From Azolla caroliniana (lineage: Eukaryota > Plantae > Polypodiophyta), in contig JBHGNT010000008.1 of the NCBI GenBank assembly GCA_043228905.1, forward strand, positions 13,144,001-13,208,000: 64,000 nucleotides of DNA. Reading direction: 5' to 3'. Below, in pieces: positions 13,690 through 28,036 of the stretch; position 1 is the first letter of the stretch, and each line of letters opens with the position of its first letter. The translations under genes and the position numbers were made by a program. The notes under the pieces are model-generated. The model did not search any database. It was not told the DNA's origin and worked only from the letters and a program-made list of their open reading frames with translations.

Positions 13690-14260
13690 TGTTATGCAAA
13701 AAGGAGCTCCATGGTAGAGTGCATGTTGTCCATAAGGATGTAGGTGCATGCTACATGTGGATATGAATCAAAAGAGGGGTTCTTAGGGAGCTATATATTG
13801 CAATTTGCTATTTTCCACCTGACTACTCAAAGTTTGCACCTCTAGGTGAATCACCATATTTACCATTATATGATGATATCATAAGATTTGCTACTATAGG
13901 GGACATAATACTATTAGGAGATTTTAATGCATGAACCAAGGATTAACAAACAACTATATTTAACACAAACAAGGCTGTTTATGGAGAAGTTATGGTGGAA
14001 GAGGTTGTTCTAAAGCGACAACCTTAAGATATGAGTGTTATAACTGAATATGGAAAACACTTTCTAGCCTTGGGAAGTGCACATTGATTTGTGATATATA
14101 ATGGCTTGTCACAATGGCCTGGATTAGATGCTTTGACATGTTGGAACTCAAAAGGAGGTGCAAGCACAACCGATTATCTAATGGGATCTCCATCTCTTAT
14201 ACCTAAAATAAAAGAGTTCACTATATCGGGTAGACCTATTGGCTTGGCAGCAGTCACAGG
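13690..14260 (+). pseudogene. LINE apurinic-like endonuclease fragment
   Basis: Hand translation: LYIAICYFPP...DIILLGDFNA*T...EYGKHFLAL...IYNG...LTCWNSKGGASTTDYLMGS. Confidence 0.8.
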
Positions 14261-15925
14261 CTAACAACTTGGCCTCTTCATGTGTAAGACTGGCATAGAA
14301 TTTGCATTCTTCATACTTGAAGAACGGGGTTAGAGGATATTCTTTTACGAGTTGTCGTTGGGCTTCAGCCGAATGTGATCCTCCAATAACGTAGTAAGTA
14401 TAGTCATAAACTGAACTATACTTGAAATCAGCAATGGTGGGGCATTGGTCAGGATCCACCATTACTAGAAAAGGTACTACTGTGGTGTGCGGATTAATAT
14501 TCATTTTACTCTTAAGGTTTTGCACATGCACAACATGGGGCTCTCGGATTTCCAATGGTCGTCTCCCTATCACAAGATCTACTGGTGGCCTTTGAATCGA
14601 ACTGATAGGCAAATGAAAAAGTTGGCCTTTACATACCCGTTTAGTCTTTGTAATGTTCTCTCTAAAATGATTTTGCTCTGAAGATAAAATGCTTGATGAT
14701 ATTTGGCCTCCTAGAGAAACAACTTCAATTTGTTGTTCCTCCTCCTTCTCCTCCTCCTCTTCCTCCTCTACGAACTCTAGCATCTCTAGTTCATCTTCAT
14801 CAAGTTTCTGTCATTTCTGATACTTCTTATGTTTAGGATTTGACTTCCGAGATTTCTTTGGAGGTGTCTCTGCTTCTCTAACCATCAGCTCCCTAGTAAC
14901 ATAAGTACGGAGAGCAACAATTAGGTTGTTCTTCGTTTGTATGTCCTTCCGCAAAATTTGGGGGTTGCAACACTCAACCACCAAGTTGCCTTCATCAACA
15001 AGAACCTGTCTAGTTCCCCCCAAGATTTCTACATCAAGGATGAGATTAGGCGAGTCACTATCTTCATAGTCAACATTCCAAAGTCTACCATATGTGAAGC
15101 TTTTGCCTAAATCCATTTTTCCTTTTCCTTCAGACTTTGCAAATATTAGGAGTAATACTCCATCTTCCTCGATGTAAACCAAACTCTATTCTAGGTTTAC
15201 GTAGTTTTTTACTTTCAGCTCCACTGGCTTGTTTTCAAGCATTTTGCTAGTATTACCCACAAATGACTTCGACATCCTATCGCCGCCAAACTTGAAAAGC
15301 ATCCTACAGGATTTGTCTTGTAGGAAGCTATCAAAACCTCTTTTCGCAGGAGACCTGATCTTAAGCACAAAGGTCGGGACTTTTTGGCGAGGTTCATTAA
15401 AATAGAATAAATATTTTAGGATTAGCATCATAAAGAAACCATATCTTTATTTATTGGCTATGATGAGGTTTATAAACCCCAAAATAGCCCACACATCTGT
15501 GTTTGTTTTTTCAATAGAAAACCTTCCTTTTCAACAGGAATTCGATGTATTGCATCGAATTCCTGTTGAAAGCACTAGGTTTTCAACAACAATTTGATGC
15601 ATTACATCAAATTCCCATTGAAGAGGAAAGTATTTAACAGGAATTCGATGTAGTGCAGCAAATTCCCGTTGAATAGTGCTTTCAACGGGAATTCAATGCA
15701 CTGCATCGAATTCCTGTATACTACACTTTGATAATTAGATTAAAACTAATTAATAATAGAAAAGCATCTTTAGGGAATCTTAAGAAACAATTAAAAAAAG
15801 ATACCTGTTCATGGTGCCTGAGTTGCGAGGAGGTGTTCGAGATGGCGAAAAACAAAGAGTTTGAGAATGCTGGTGCTCTTGAGCTCTTGGAATTCTTTAA
15901 CGCGACAATGACAATGAAGATATGA
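14261..15925 (-). pseudogene. Accessory gene of the DNA transposon, with an acidic tract and a ParB/Srx-like N-terminal fold; truncated
   Basis: Collinear ORFs 15186-15431, 14811-15182 and 14261-14783 separated by stops; LPISSIQRP..IREPHVVHVQNLKSKM..PFLVMVD..YYVIGGSHSAEA resembles the ParB 'Y.+IdG.HR..A' motif; putative splice donor near 15803. Confidence 0.55.
15529..15717. repeat. Four ~41-bp palindromic repeats (TTCAACAGGAATTCGATG-n5-CATCGAATTCCTGTTGAA)
   Basis: Self-complementary units read directly; they lie at the 5' end of the ParB-like gene. Confidence 0.88.
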
Positions 15926-17288
15926 CTTTTCTTTTTATGGTAATTATTTTTAAAGAAGGAAAATTTTTAAAAATTATTTTTATAAGTGGCTTATTCTAGT
16001 AAAAATTTTACTATTTTTTCCCTCATTTGATCTAATCTACCCCAATCGAGATGTCCTCAACATCAAGTCAAAATTCCCTATTTTCTGTTAAACCTTTTAC
16101 ATTATCTAATAACTCATTATTCTCAACCGAGGAATACAACCATCAAAACGTTGAAAGGTGCCAACGTCAAGAGTCAAACGGTGATATTGGGCAAAGATCG
16201 AACTTTGTTTTTTCGATCGAGCCTTTGAACTCAAGTGGTATCCCGGGGACTCCACTATACATAAGAAGGTTGTATCACGTGCGTTCATGACATCATTTAT
16301 AAACCCCTTATACGTATGGTTTTTACTATTTTAGTAACCCTTCTGTAGAAAAAAGATTAATAAAAATACCCCTTATTACCAATATATTTTTTTATAACCA
16401 CCCATTTTAAATACCCGTACATATAAAATATACATGCCCACATAGGTTGCAATCCTAGAAGGGATCAATGACCATCTTTACAATTGATGACTCGTAAAAT
16501 TATGAATCGACATTAAACATCATATGCAAATTCCTAGAAATGCTTCATTAAGTGCCACATAGATTGAAAACACAATGTGTAGTACAAAGTAATGTACACA
16601 CAATTAGGAAACATTACCCAAAAACACTACAGGTATAACATATACAAGCCACATATAAGTTTTTGTTTTTAGTTTATTGAGACGTATGAAGAACATTGAG
16701 TGATAAAAAACAATGTAATTTACAATAAAACAATCTTGAACTTAACACATACATCTCAAAGAGCACATATGGAACAATCCAAAATGCATATCAATAATGA
16801 AATTACTAACAAATCAACATTATGTTTGGTTTCATGGATATAGACTCATATAAAGCCATAATATTATTTTTTCTCAAACACATTGATCAAACAAATGGCA
16901 ATCTACTTCATATTTCCATTTGAAATGTAAGACATCATCTATTCACATACTCTTACCCAAATCAAAATGAAATAAAATAAATCATTTTGTTATTGCAATA
17001 TCTACTTTAAAAACTTATTGCAATAAAGGTTACCCTTATAAAGACTGAGTATATAAAAAGAAAACCCTAAGAAGTTCATTTTAGGCTGTAAATTTCATGT
17101 CGTTTCCATCTTCAACATTGGACCTATATCATAAAATGTAACAACAAAAGCAAGAAATCTTAATATACATGGAAGTAAAGAAATCCGAAAATATATTTGG
17201 AATACCGTAGGTTTATATTTGGTTTCTACTCTTTTCTCCTTTTCCTGTTAAAATAAAAAGCATAAATATTAAGTTACTTTAATATATA

Positions 17289-19497
17289 TTATATATGTAC
17301 ATGTATGCAAGTATATAATTCAAAACAGCTTATATATACATACCTGGATTTCATTTCCAAAAGAAAATCGTTGAAAACTTTACAATCGCTTTCATCTAAC
17401 AGATAGTTATCACATTTTGCATTATATGTGAGGTTCGTTAATCCAATAATTGACTCAAAGTCAACCGTTTTAATATCTGTCAAATCATATGCAAATAATC
17501 TACTGCCCTTAATCTTCCTATACCAACCAAGTTGTAATTGAACATCTTCAAGCCTATCCATCAAGTTAATTCCTCTCTTATACTCCACAAATTTATTTCC
17601 AATCTTTCTTCGCATCCTTTGTACTCGTCCTAAGTACCAAACAACATTTTTATTTGATATTCTTTTTCTTTTCAGTCTTGTTGAATTAACATCTTCTTTA
17701 GTAAAGAATACAACACAATCTGAACCAATCCCAATTAGGTTCCCATTTCCATTTAGGAAATCATTTGCATTCTCACATGAGTAGAAGACGTCTTCTCTTA
17801 CACATGTGAGTCTATCCTTTGACAATGTTGGATTACCATTTAGATGACTCACAAGTGTCGATGTAAATATAATCTTATCATCCACTTGAACAAATGAAGA
17901 GACTTTAGAGTTCACATTGTTGTCATCCAATATAGCATCCAATTCACGGCGAATTTCACTTATTGCAATCTCATCATCATTCTCCACACATTCATGCATT
18001 GTGAAGTTTTTATTGTGTTCAGCACATTCTTCATCATCTTTCTCTCCATATATATAACTCAAGGATTGTTTTGTCTCAATCCCGGGATAATTCCACCATT
18101 GCCCATTGTGTTTAGGCTTCATATTTAACGACTCACATAAAATTTGGGCTTCTTTTAAACCTTCTTTAACTACAAAAACAAGTTGATCACCATTTGAGAT
18201 ATCAATGTAGTTTTTTAAGTTTGCAAGAGGCTTGTCATGCATGAAATTGAGTTTAGACCATATTGATTCTTGCTTCTTATGAGCTCTTGGAAAAACCAAT
18301 CCATTATCAATGCACTCAAATTTGGCAAGCTTGTTTACATTTCCACTACAATGCAAAACATCTGATATATCAAACGCACGCTCCATACCAATCATTCCCC
18401 CTATTTTACTAAAAAATATCTCAGCTCCATCAGACCCTGTGAGATGCAATGGACATTCTAGTTGTGGATAAAAGTCACGAAACATTTTTATAAGTAAAAC
18501 TACAAAGTGACAAGATATTTGTACATCCAAAAATGTTTCTCGACTAATGAAATTACTTTTTAAGTTATAAATTGGATTATCTAGACTCCATAATCTCCAT
18601 ATTTGAAAGAAGAATGCAACTTTAGATGCAAGTACCACACGCTTGAATAAGCTCTCATGAGGGGATAGAAAAATATCAATATAGTCACCTAATATATGCA
18701 AGTATACATGTGTTCCCAAAACGCCTCTTTCTCTTACTTTGACACCTTCTCCACCTTGGTATAACATCTTTAAACAATTAGTAACATTTCTACTTGCAAT
18801 TCTTTGAGCTCTAGCCCAATTTTGTCTATCTTCTCTTGTAATATCACATTCCCTTAAGCCATGTGCATCAATAGAGAAGTTATTATATACCAAAGACACA
18901 TGATTCAATGTGATCCATACATCCCCAATTACTAATTGTCTTGAGGGATTATCTAGTGCATTCACAAGTTTCTTTCCATTATGGATGAAATCTTGATCAT
19001 GAAGACAACTTACCATATTATTATGCATTTGACCTGTGAAGATCCAACCATCCCAAGGCAATTTATATCTTAAGCATATGCTTGGGGTTAAGTAATCTTG
19101 AAGCATAATCTTTCTTCTCCTACTATCTCCATCAGATGCATGTCCAACAATTGGCCCAATACTTGTGGAGAGGTGTTTTTCCCATAAAGTTTCCACTTCA
19201 TTCCATTGGCATTTTACAAAATCGGCATCAAAGCAATTACATGTACATTGTACAACCAATACTAATCGTGGAAGTTTAGGGTGAAGAAGATTCACAATTA
19301 ACACCCTAGCATAGTGTCCAACCACATAGTCTTTAAAGGAGCTAACAATGGTTTCATAACCAGCATTAGAGTCACCCACCTTTATCATACATGATGAGAC
19401 ACATTGATGATTGGATGACTTCAGCCCACAAAAGCCCAAAAGTAAATCATTTGAGCTATCCCACTTAACATTCCGCTTAATCACAGTCCCATCCTCA
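17289..19497 (-). CDS. P-element/THAP9-like transposase, open for ~735 codons, N-terminus lost to simple repeats
   Basis: EDGT; GHASDGD; QDFIHNGKKLVN (DxxH motif); DRQN; GSDGAEIFFSKIGG (catalytic E region). Confidence 0.78.
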
Positions 19498-19499
19498 AC

Positions 19500-22165
19500 A
19501 ATATGTTTGTGTGTGTGTATGTATGTTCCATAAAACATATATATGTGTCCATATGTGTATGTATATTCTACACGTGTGCATATGTGTGTGTGTTTATGTA
19601 TGTATGTGTGCACATATTGTATTGTATGTATGTGTTATATGTGTAAATGTGTATGTATGTAAGTGTATATATGTGTATATAGGTATGTGTGTATGTATGT
19701 TCCATACAACATATATGTGTGTGTTGTGTGTTATGTTTGTGTGTGTGTATGTATGTTCCATACAACATATATATGTGTCCATATGTGTGTATATTCTACA
19801 CGTGTGTGTGTGTGTGTGTGTGTGTGTTTATGTATGTATGTGTGCACATATTGTATTGTATGTATGTGTTATATGTGTAAATGTTTATGTATGTAAGTGT
19901 ATATATGTGTATATAGGTATGTGTGTATGTATGTTCCATACAACATATATGTGTGTACATGTGTGTATGTATATTCTACACATGTGTGTGTGTGTGTTTA
20001 TGTATGTATTGTTTGTATTCCATGTGTATGTATGTATGTGTGTACATATTGTATTGTATGTATGTGTTATATGTGTAAATGTGTTTGTATGTGTATATAG
20101 GTATGTGTGTATATATGTACATATTGTATTGTAATGTATTAATTTCGTTTATTGTATGTATGACCCGTGTGTGTGTGTGTGTGTGTGTGTGTGTTTATGT
20201 ATGTATGTATGTATGTATGTATGTACGTGTGTGTGTGTGGCTAAGAATTTATGTGTTGGTTTATGTTTGTACTTATGTGTACCTGTAAAATATTTGTAGA
20301 GTAGTTGTGGCAGCCCCAACAGAGAATAATGGTGAGCAAAAGTGGCACGACAAGGCGAGCGGCGGCGGTGGCAAAACGAGGACAAAAAGAAGGGGAGAAG
20401 AAGCAATCACAAAAATGAGCAGAGAAGAGGAGGGAGCAAAGGAGGAGGCGGCAAATATCTAAATAAAAAAACATGAATGTTTGAATGTATGTTTAGTATG
20501 AATGTATGTTATGTATGTATGCGCACATAATGTATGCATGCATGCATGAATGAATATATATATATATATATAATGTATGCATAAAATATGTATGCTTCAA
20601 TGAATAAACATGAATGAATGAATATATGAATGTACATATGTAATATGTAATGTATGTATATTTGTATGTGTGTGTGTGTGTGTGGATATTTGATTGTAAT
20701 ATGTATGTATGTGTATGTACATGTAGCAATGTATAAAAGATTGTATGTATGTGTATGCATATATGCATATGCAAATGTACATGATTCAATGTGTATGGAT
20801 GTGTGATTGTAATATGTGCATAATATCTATGTATATATATGTGTATGTATATGTAGCAATGTATAAATGAATATATGTATGTCCATGTACGAATCTACAT
20901 ATGTGTATGCATATATCCATATGTAATGTGTGTGTATGTATAGAAGACTATATGTAGGTGTGTATATATATATATGTATGTGTGTATATATCTAATATAT
21001 GTATGTATGTATGTATGTATGTGTATGTACATGTAGCAATGTATAAAAGACTATATGTATGTCCATGTACGAATGTATATATGTGTATGCATATATGCAT
21101 ATGTCATGTATGTATGTGTATGCATATATGCATATGCAAATGTACATGATTCAATGTGTATTGATGTGTGATTGTAATATATGCATAATATCTATGTAGA
21201 TATCTGATGTATATATGTGTATGTATGTGTAGCAATGTATAAATGAAGATATGTATGTCCATATACGAATGTACATATGTGTATGCATATATCCATATCT
21301 AAATGTATGTATGTATACATACATATATGTATGTATGTGTATGCATATATCCATATGACAATGTACATGATTCAATGTGTATGGATGTGTGATTGTAATA
21401 TTTATGTATATATCTAATTTATGTATATGTAGACAGTAGCAATATATAAATGAGTATAGGTATGTCCATGTATGAATGTACATACGTGTATGCATATATA
21501 TGACAATGTACATGATTCAATGTATATGAATGTGATTGTAATATATGCATATGCAATGTATGTATGCACACACATGAATGTACATGTATGCATGTACATA
21601 TGTATATATATGTAATATGCAATGCATGTATGTTTGTATGTGTAATAGTGTACTATGCATACATGAGTGTGTTCATAATATTTATGTATGTGTAAGTATA
21701 CATGTATGTATTGTAGTTTGTGATGAAATGTATGTATGTATGTGTATGCATGCATGTAATGTATGTATATATGTGTATGGATGTATGTTTGTAAAACTTT
21801 TAACATTGTAGGCATATGTACATATATATATGGTGATATGTGGAATATGTATATACATATGTAATGTATGTATGTGTATGCATATATATGTATATGTCAA
21901 TATACATGATTTAATGAGTATGAATATGTTTGTAATATGTGCATATATATCTAATGTATGTACGTATGTGTGTGTATGTGGTCATATATATGTAAATGTA
22001 TGAATGTATGTACGTGTATATATGTAATGTATTTATGCATCTATATTTTTGGGATATTTTCATGTTTAGTACATATGTATATGGCTCGTATATGGATGTA
22101 TGTTTGTAATATGTACGTAATATGCATGTATATATCCAATGTATGTGTAAGTATACATATATCTA

Positions 22166-22215
<50 letters not shown>

Positions 22216-24110
22216 GTGTGTGTATGTAAGTATTGTGGTTTGTATGGTCTAGTATGATCTATACATATGGTGATATATAGAATATGTATGTACATATGTA
22301 ATATATCTATGTAATTTATGAATGTGTAAATTTGTATATTGTGTAATAGGTATAGATTATGTGCTATGTAATATCTAATTTATTTATGTGTAAGTATACA
22401 TATACATATCTAATGTGGGTGTAAGTATACATATATCTAATGTGTGTGTGTGTAGTATGTATATATATAAGCATAGAACGTAATATTCGTGTTCGTGGAG
22501 GCATTCAAACGTTTGAAAACGTACACGTTTGAAAGGGGAAAAATACGTGCTCCTTTTTTTTTTCTTTTTTTCATTTGTTTACATTGCAAATTTAGCCCAT
22601 AATATAGACCATAGTTAATCCAATCAAACGTGTCAAACCAATCCAACTTTTAGTTGATTTACCATTCACGTTTTATTGAATCAAACGCGAACGCGAATGT
22701 GCATATGATTCGTATGGTTCATTCTATGTATAAGTATTGTGGTTTGTATGGTCTAGTATAATCTATACATATATATATATGGTGATATGTGGAATATGTA
22801 TGTACATATGTAATATGTATATCTATGTATGTATCTATATATGTATATATGTAATTTATGTATGTGTAAATTTGAATATTGTGTAATATATGCTATGTAA
22901 TATTTAATTTATTTATGTGTGTGCACGTGTATATATATGTAATATATGTAACTTGTTTGTAAGTATGAAGATTTGTATATATATAGTATGTAATCTTAGC
23001 CTTTAGGTGTTAATATGTATGTGTATGTGTATACATATATATAATATGTAATTTATTTTTGTGTGTTTTGTATGTATATATGCATTTGTGTATGTATATA
23101 TGTATGTAATATGTAATTTTATTGTATGTATTATGTACATATTTACATATGGTAATATATATTTGTACATATATTTATGTTTAGTTAATATGTATGTATA
23201 AATGAGTGTAATGCATGTATATACATATTCATGGATGTGTGATGTGTGATGTGTGATATATGAATGTAGCTTGTAGGTATATATGCATGTGTGATGTGTG
23301 TTATGTTTATGTGTGTATGTATGTACATATTGTATTGTATTGTATGTATGGAATGTGTGTGTGTATATAATATATATATACATATATTATTATATATAAT
23401 ATGAATTTTATTTTTTGTGTGTTTGGTTTGTATATTTGCATTTGTATATAATTGTGTGTATAATAATAAATGTGTGTAATATGTAATATATAAAATATGT
23501 TTGTAAGGAAGTGTATGTATAAATGTAATATGTAATTTTTATGTATGTATGTCAATATATATGGACAATTCTAATATGTATGTAGTATGTAATGCATGCA
23601 TGTATGTGTATGTACATATTTACATATGGTAATATATATTTGTACATATGTAATATATAAAATATGTTTGTAAGGAAGTGTATGTATAAATGTAATATGT
23701 AATTTTTATGTATGTATGTATTATCTATATATGTATGTCAATATATATGGCCAATTCTAATATGTATGTAGTATGTAATGCATGTATGTATGTGTATGTA
23801 CATATTTACATATGGTAATATATAAAATATGTTTGTAAGTGTATGTATAAATGTAATATGTAATTTTTATGTATGTATTATCTATATATGTATGTCAATA
23901 TATATGGCCAATTTTAATATGTATGTAGTATGTAATGCATGTATGTATGTGTATGTACATATTTACATATGGTAATATATATTTATCTTTAGTCAGCATG
24001 CATGTATAAATGGGTGTAATGTATGTATGTATATACATATTCATGGATGTAATGTTTGAATGTAGGTATATATGGATGCATGCATGTATATGTATGTATG
24101 TATGTATGCC
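19500..24110. repeat. ~4.6-kb TG/TA/TATG simple-repeat field with higher-order duplications
   Basis: Direct reading; repeated blocks of roughly 180-240 bp; strong G-over-C strand skew. Confidence 0.95.
22472..22728. mobile_element. MITE with CATAGAA..TTCTATG termini (short copy)
   Basis: Flanked by a TATAAG duplication; homologous to both ends of 50226-51058; an empty paralogous site lies at ~22225. Confidence 0.85.
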
Positions 24111-24868
24111 ACTTCAAATTTGAGTATTGTTTGCATAATATATTCTTTACTATCTCATTGAAATATCTAATATTTCATGGGCTTATGTAAAAAAAAATTT
24201 TCAGCATAATTGATAATACCCTTATGTAAAAATATTTTCAAATCTTTGTTAGTACCCTTATGTATATATATTTTGTATCTCACTGATTAATTAAAACCCC
24301 TTTTGATGAACTCACGTGCTATCATACAAGTTTTGATAGTGAAGTCCCCGGGGGTGGTATCCAAAAAAGTAAAGTTGTTGCAAATAGTGAAAGGGTTGAT
24401 TCATCTACGAACAAGACCTGCGTCAACCAACCTCTCAATTTTCAAAGAATTTCTCGGTAAATGAGTATTAAAAGATATAATTTTCTGTGTTAAGATCATC
24501 AAAGTGCATTTGATACAAGCAAACCATGTTGTGGGAATCTTTGTCTTTTGAGATTTGGAAAGGAAAACTTGAGGGGATTGTGACATAAGTATTTGTCACT
24601 TAATGGTGAAGAACAAGATACTTTTATGATTTCACATATGCAACTTATTCAGGACCATACAATAGGGCCAAGTTCAATGCATGTCGAATATTACCTTGCA
24701 CTAAGTATGAAGAGTTGCCGAGTTGCTGTCAAAATTGCTTATAGCATTGGTAACATGAGGCTCCAGAGAATTCAACATCGATTAGTAAAGGGTTCATGGG
24801 TGCCGTTCAACAATAAAGCATCTGGATGTAAGGGTCTAGTTGGGCGTCATGTCGTTAGGTGGATGGAG

Positions 24869-27800
24869 AACACGTTCACGTTCACAAGTGGAAGGATCGT
24901 GCATTCCACTTATAGATTCCTTTTATAATCTTGCGATTTTAGGCAATTTTCAAAAACTTGATACACCAGTATCACATATTTTAAATAGCATGTAAAATTT
25001 GCTAATTTTTTGAGATTTAACAAGTTTCAAAATGATAATTTCTAAAATTGAATAGTTTTTCAATAAATGTTTAAACGTTGATAGTTTGCAGATATAAAAT
25101 ATAGTTAACTTAAAGAAAATCACAATGGTTAACTCAAGGCACAAGTTAAGATTAATGGTTTCACCATCTTGAGAAGATGTAGGTTCCAGAAGTGGAAGTT
25201 ACATCTATTGTTAGATTTGAAAATGTTTTAATTATAAGAGGTAACATTGTAATCCTTAATGCCATCATCGACAACTTTAGTGCTCATTAACATCCATAAA
25301 TTCACAACTCAAGAAATGTATACAATATTCATAAACAATTTTCATAAATCCATAACTCCTAAAATGTAAATGATATTCATAAACTGTCAAAACTACCAAA
25401 CTTAGCTGTAAACATTAATATATCAATTTGAACATATCACGTAGTTATCAAGGTATCCACAATGCTCTCCTCTTCTTCATTTTGAGAGCTCCCCTACAAA
25501 ATTTGTGAAGTAAATGGCAATTGTAAGGTTCAATTGCCATCAACATAATTATTAATGGTTTTATGTTAATCAAAGAAGCACATGTTCACCATAAGGTATG
25601 TTGTTGTGCAACATACTTCTTTATAGTACTGATATGCATCTTTTACTCTGGTAAAAACAGAGATTTTAGTACAATTCAAGCTCATGTAAACCCTAAACCT
25701 CTTTTATTTGAATAAAAAGAAATTTCTAAACATGAACTCCATACATTGTATCGAGTTGATGTAAAAAACAGAGTTTTCATCACAATTCCATACAATGTAT
25801 CAAATTCATGTTCAAAGTTTTTTTTCCTGGATTTAAAAAAATAAAAAAATCAAACTTGAGTTGATGAAAAAACTAGATTTTTCACCAAAATTTAGTACAA
25901 TGTATCGAGTTCATATGTAAAGTAATTGTTTTTAATTTTAAATTAAAATTTTTTTTTATTGGAAAAAAAAACATTAAACATAAATTCGATACATTGTATC
26001 GACTTGTGATGAAAACTGTAGTTTTTTCTTCACTTCAACTTTAAAAAAAAAAAACCAAAAAAACCAAAAAAACCAAAACAAAAAACTTTAAACATGAACT
26101 CGATACCTTGTATCGAATTCATGTCAAAAAGTCAGCTTTTCGTCATGAACTCGATACAGTGTATCGAGTTGGTCTTGAAAATTTTGCTTTTCAACACGAA
26201 CTTGATACATTGTTGTGTCGAAAAGTTGAGTTTTTCAACACGAACTCGATATATTGTATCGAGTTCGTGTTGAAAATATAACTTTTCAACATGAACTCGA
26301 TACAATGTATCGAGTTCGTGTTTGAATGTTTTAAACACAAACTCGATACAAAAAGTTGAGTTTTTCAACATGAACTCGATACAATGTATCGAGTTCATGT
26401 CGAAAAGTCAGATTCAACACAAACTCGATACAATGTATTGAGTTAACATTGTGTTGAAAATCTGACTTTTCGACATGAACTCGATACATTGTATCGAGTT
26501 CATGTTTAAAGTTTCTTTTTTTTTTAATTTTGTTTTTTTTCTATTTATTTTGAGTCTTTTTGTTTTTTTCTTTTAAATAATTTAAAGTGATGAAAAAACC
26601 AGAGTTTTCATCACAAGTCGATACAATGTATCGAATTCATGTTTAAAGTTTTTTTTTCCAAAAAATAAATTAATAAATATCAAAAAAATTTGAAAAAATT
26701 ACTTTAAACATGAACTCGATACATTGCATTGAATTGCGGTGAAAAATCTAGTTTTTTCATCAACTGAAGCTCAATGTTTTTATTTTTTTATTTTTTTAAA
26801 TCCGGGGAAAAACAATTTGAACATGAATTTGATACGTTGTACGTAATTGTGATCAAAACTCTATTTTTTACATCAACTCGATACAATGTATGGAGTTCAT
26901 GTTTAGAAATCTTCTTCTTCTTCAAATAAAAGAGGTTTAGGGTTTACATGAACTCGAATTGTACTAAAATCATTGTTCTTATAAGAGAAAAAGATGCATA
27001 TCGATATTGCAAAGAAGTATGTTGCACAACAAGACACCTTATGGTGAACATGTGCTTCATTGATTAACCAAAAACCATTAATAATTGTGTTGATGGTAAT
27101 CGAACCTTGCAAATGCCATTTACATGTTCTATAAAATATTCTCATGGTTCTTAATCACCACTTCAAACACTTAATGTTGATCTTCATGGTTTGGTTCATC
27201 TACAACAGAGAAACATTTATGTGGAACTAAGAATAACAACACGTGCATAACTCAGGTGACAAGGAAACTTGCAAGAACTCAAGGTGGGGATATTAATAGC
27301 TACACATGTAGATGGCCATGACCTAGGGTACCAATTCTGCATTGGTAAAGTTTTGGACGTGGTGATGCATTAAACTTTTGTATTACATCTATCATTGACA
27401 TTAGTGAGGTGGATATCATTGTGTATGACTTTACACTAACAAAAGTTGGATGTTTAAAGACGACAATGATAGACATAATAAAAGAGATATTACCAAGTCT
27501 AGAAGATATCTCAGATTGAAGGCTAACAAGATTTAGTGCACATAGTTTGGAGACACCATTTGGTGAAGACAATGATTTGATTGGTACATTTGAAAATGAG
27601 GAGGAAGAGTCACAAATGTATATTAGCTATAGTAGTGATTCTCATGAAAGGAATGATGATAGTGATGTAAATAACTCCTAAATGTATTTTTTGTGCAACG
27701 ATATGTAGCAAATTTAGACAACATTTTATCGAATGAAATAAAAAAGTTGATTGTTTAGAAATCTTTCGCGTATGATTTCGTTAGGATCTAAAATACTATT

Positions 27801-28036
27801 AGTTGTCATTTCTCCTTAAAAATACACAAAGTTACTTTTCGTATTTGGCCAAAATTTGACATTTTTCAATTTTACCAAATGGTGAAAATTTTAGCTTTTT
27901 CATCAAGTTTTCGAGAACATGTGATACTGGTATCAAGGTGTTTTGTGAAATGGCTAAAAAAGCCCCAAAATCAAACGGAATATTCTTTATCCTTCCATTT
28001 GTGCGCAATCCTTCCACTTGTGAACGTGAACATGTT
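24869..28036 (+). mobile_element. Non-autonomous TIR element, a deletion derivative of a related Sola-like family
   Basis: ~35-bp TIR AACA(C/T)GTTCACGTTCACAAGTGGAAGGAT; 5-bp TSD TGGAG; remnant QGNLQELKVGILIAT..IGKV..IVYDFTL (~27255-27680) resembles the host transposase C-terminus. Confidence 0.88.
25510..27123. repeat. 1.6-kb imperfect inverted repeat containing an array of ~31-bp palindromes CATGAACTCGATACA(A/T)TGTATCGAGTTCATG
   Basis: Arms ~25510-26135 and ~26462-27123 are reverse complements; the spacer is built from the same palindromic unit. Confidence 0.9.

Larger units (their letters stand above)
16242..24352 (-). mobile_element. P-element-superfamily-like DNA transposon
   Basis: TIR CCCGGGGACT(C/T)CACTAT at both ends plus a subterminal CACGTG.GTTCAT match; 8-bp TSD AGTGGTAT/GGTGGTAT; transposase ORF inside. 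Confidence 0.85.

Noticed and set aside
19511-23555. Many C/V/Y/M- or H/T/Y/I-rich ORFs
   Set aside because: They are translations of TG/TA microsatellites, not genes.
26090-26510. CRISPR-like ~31-bp palindromic repeats
   Set aside because: Spacers are short and mutually similar, there are no cas genes, and the context is a eukaryotic transposon.
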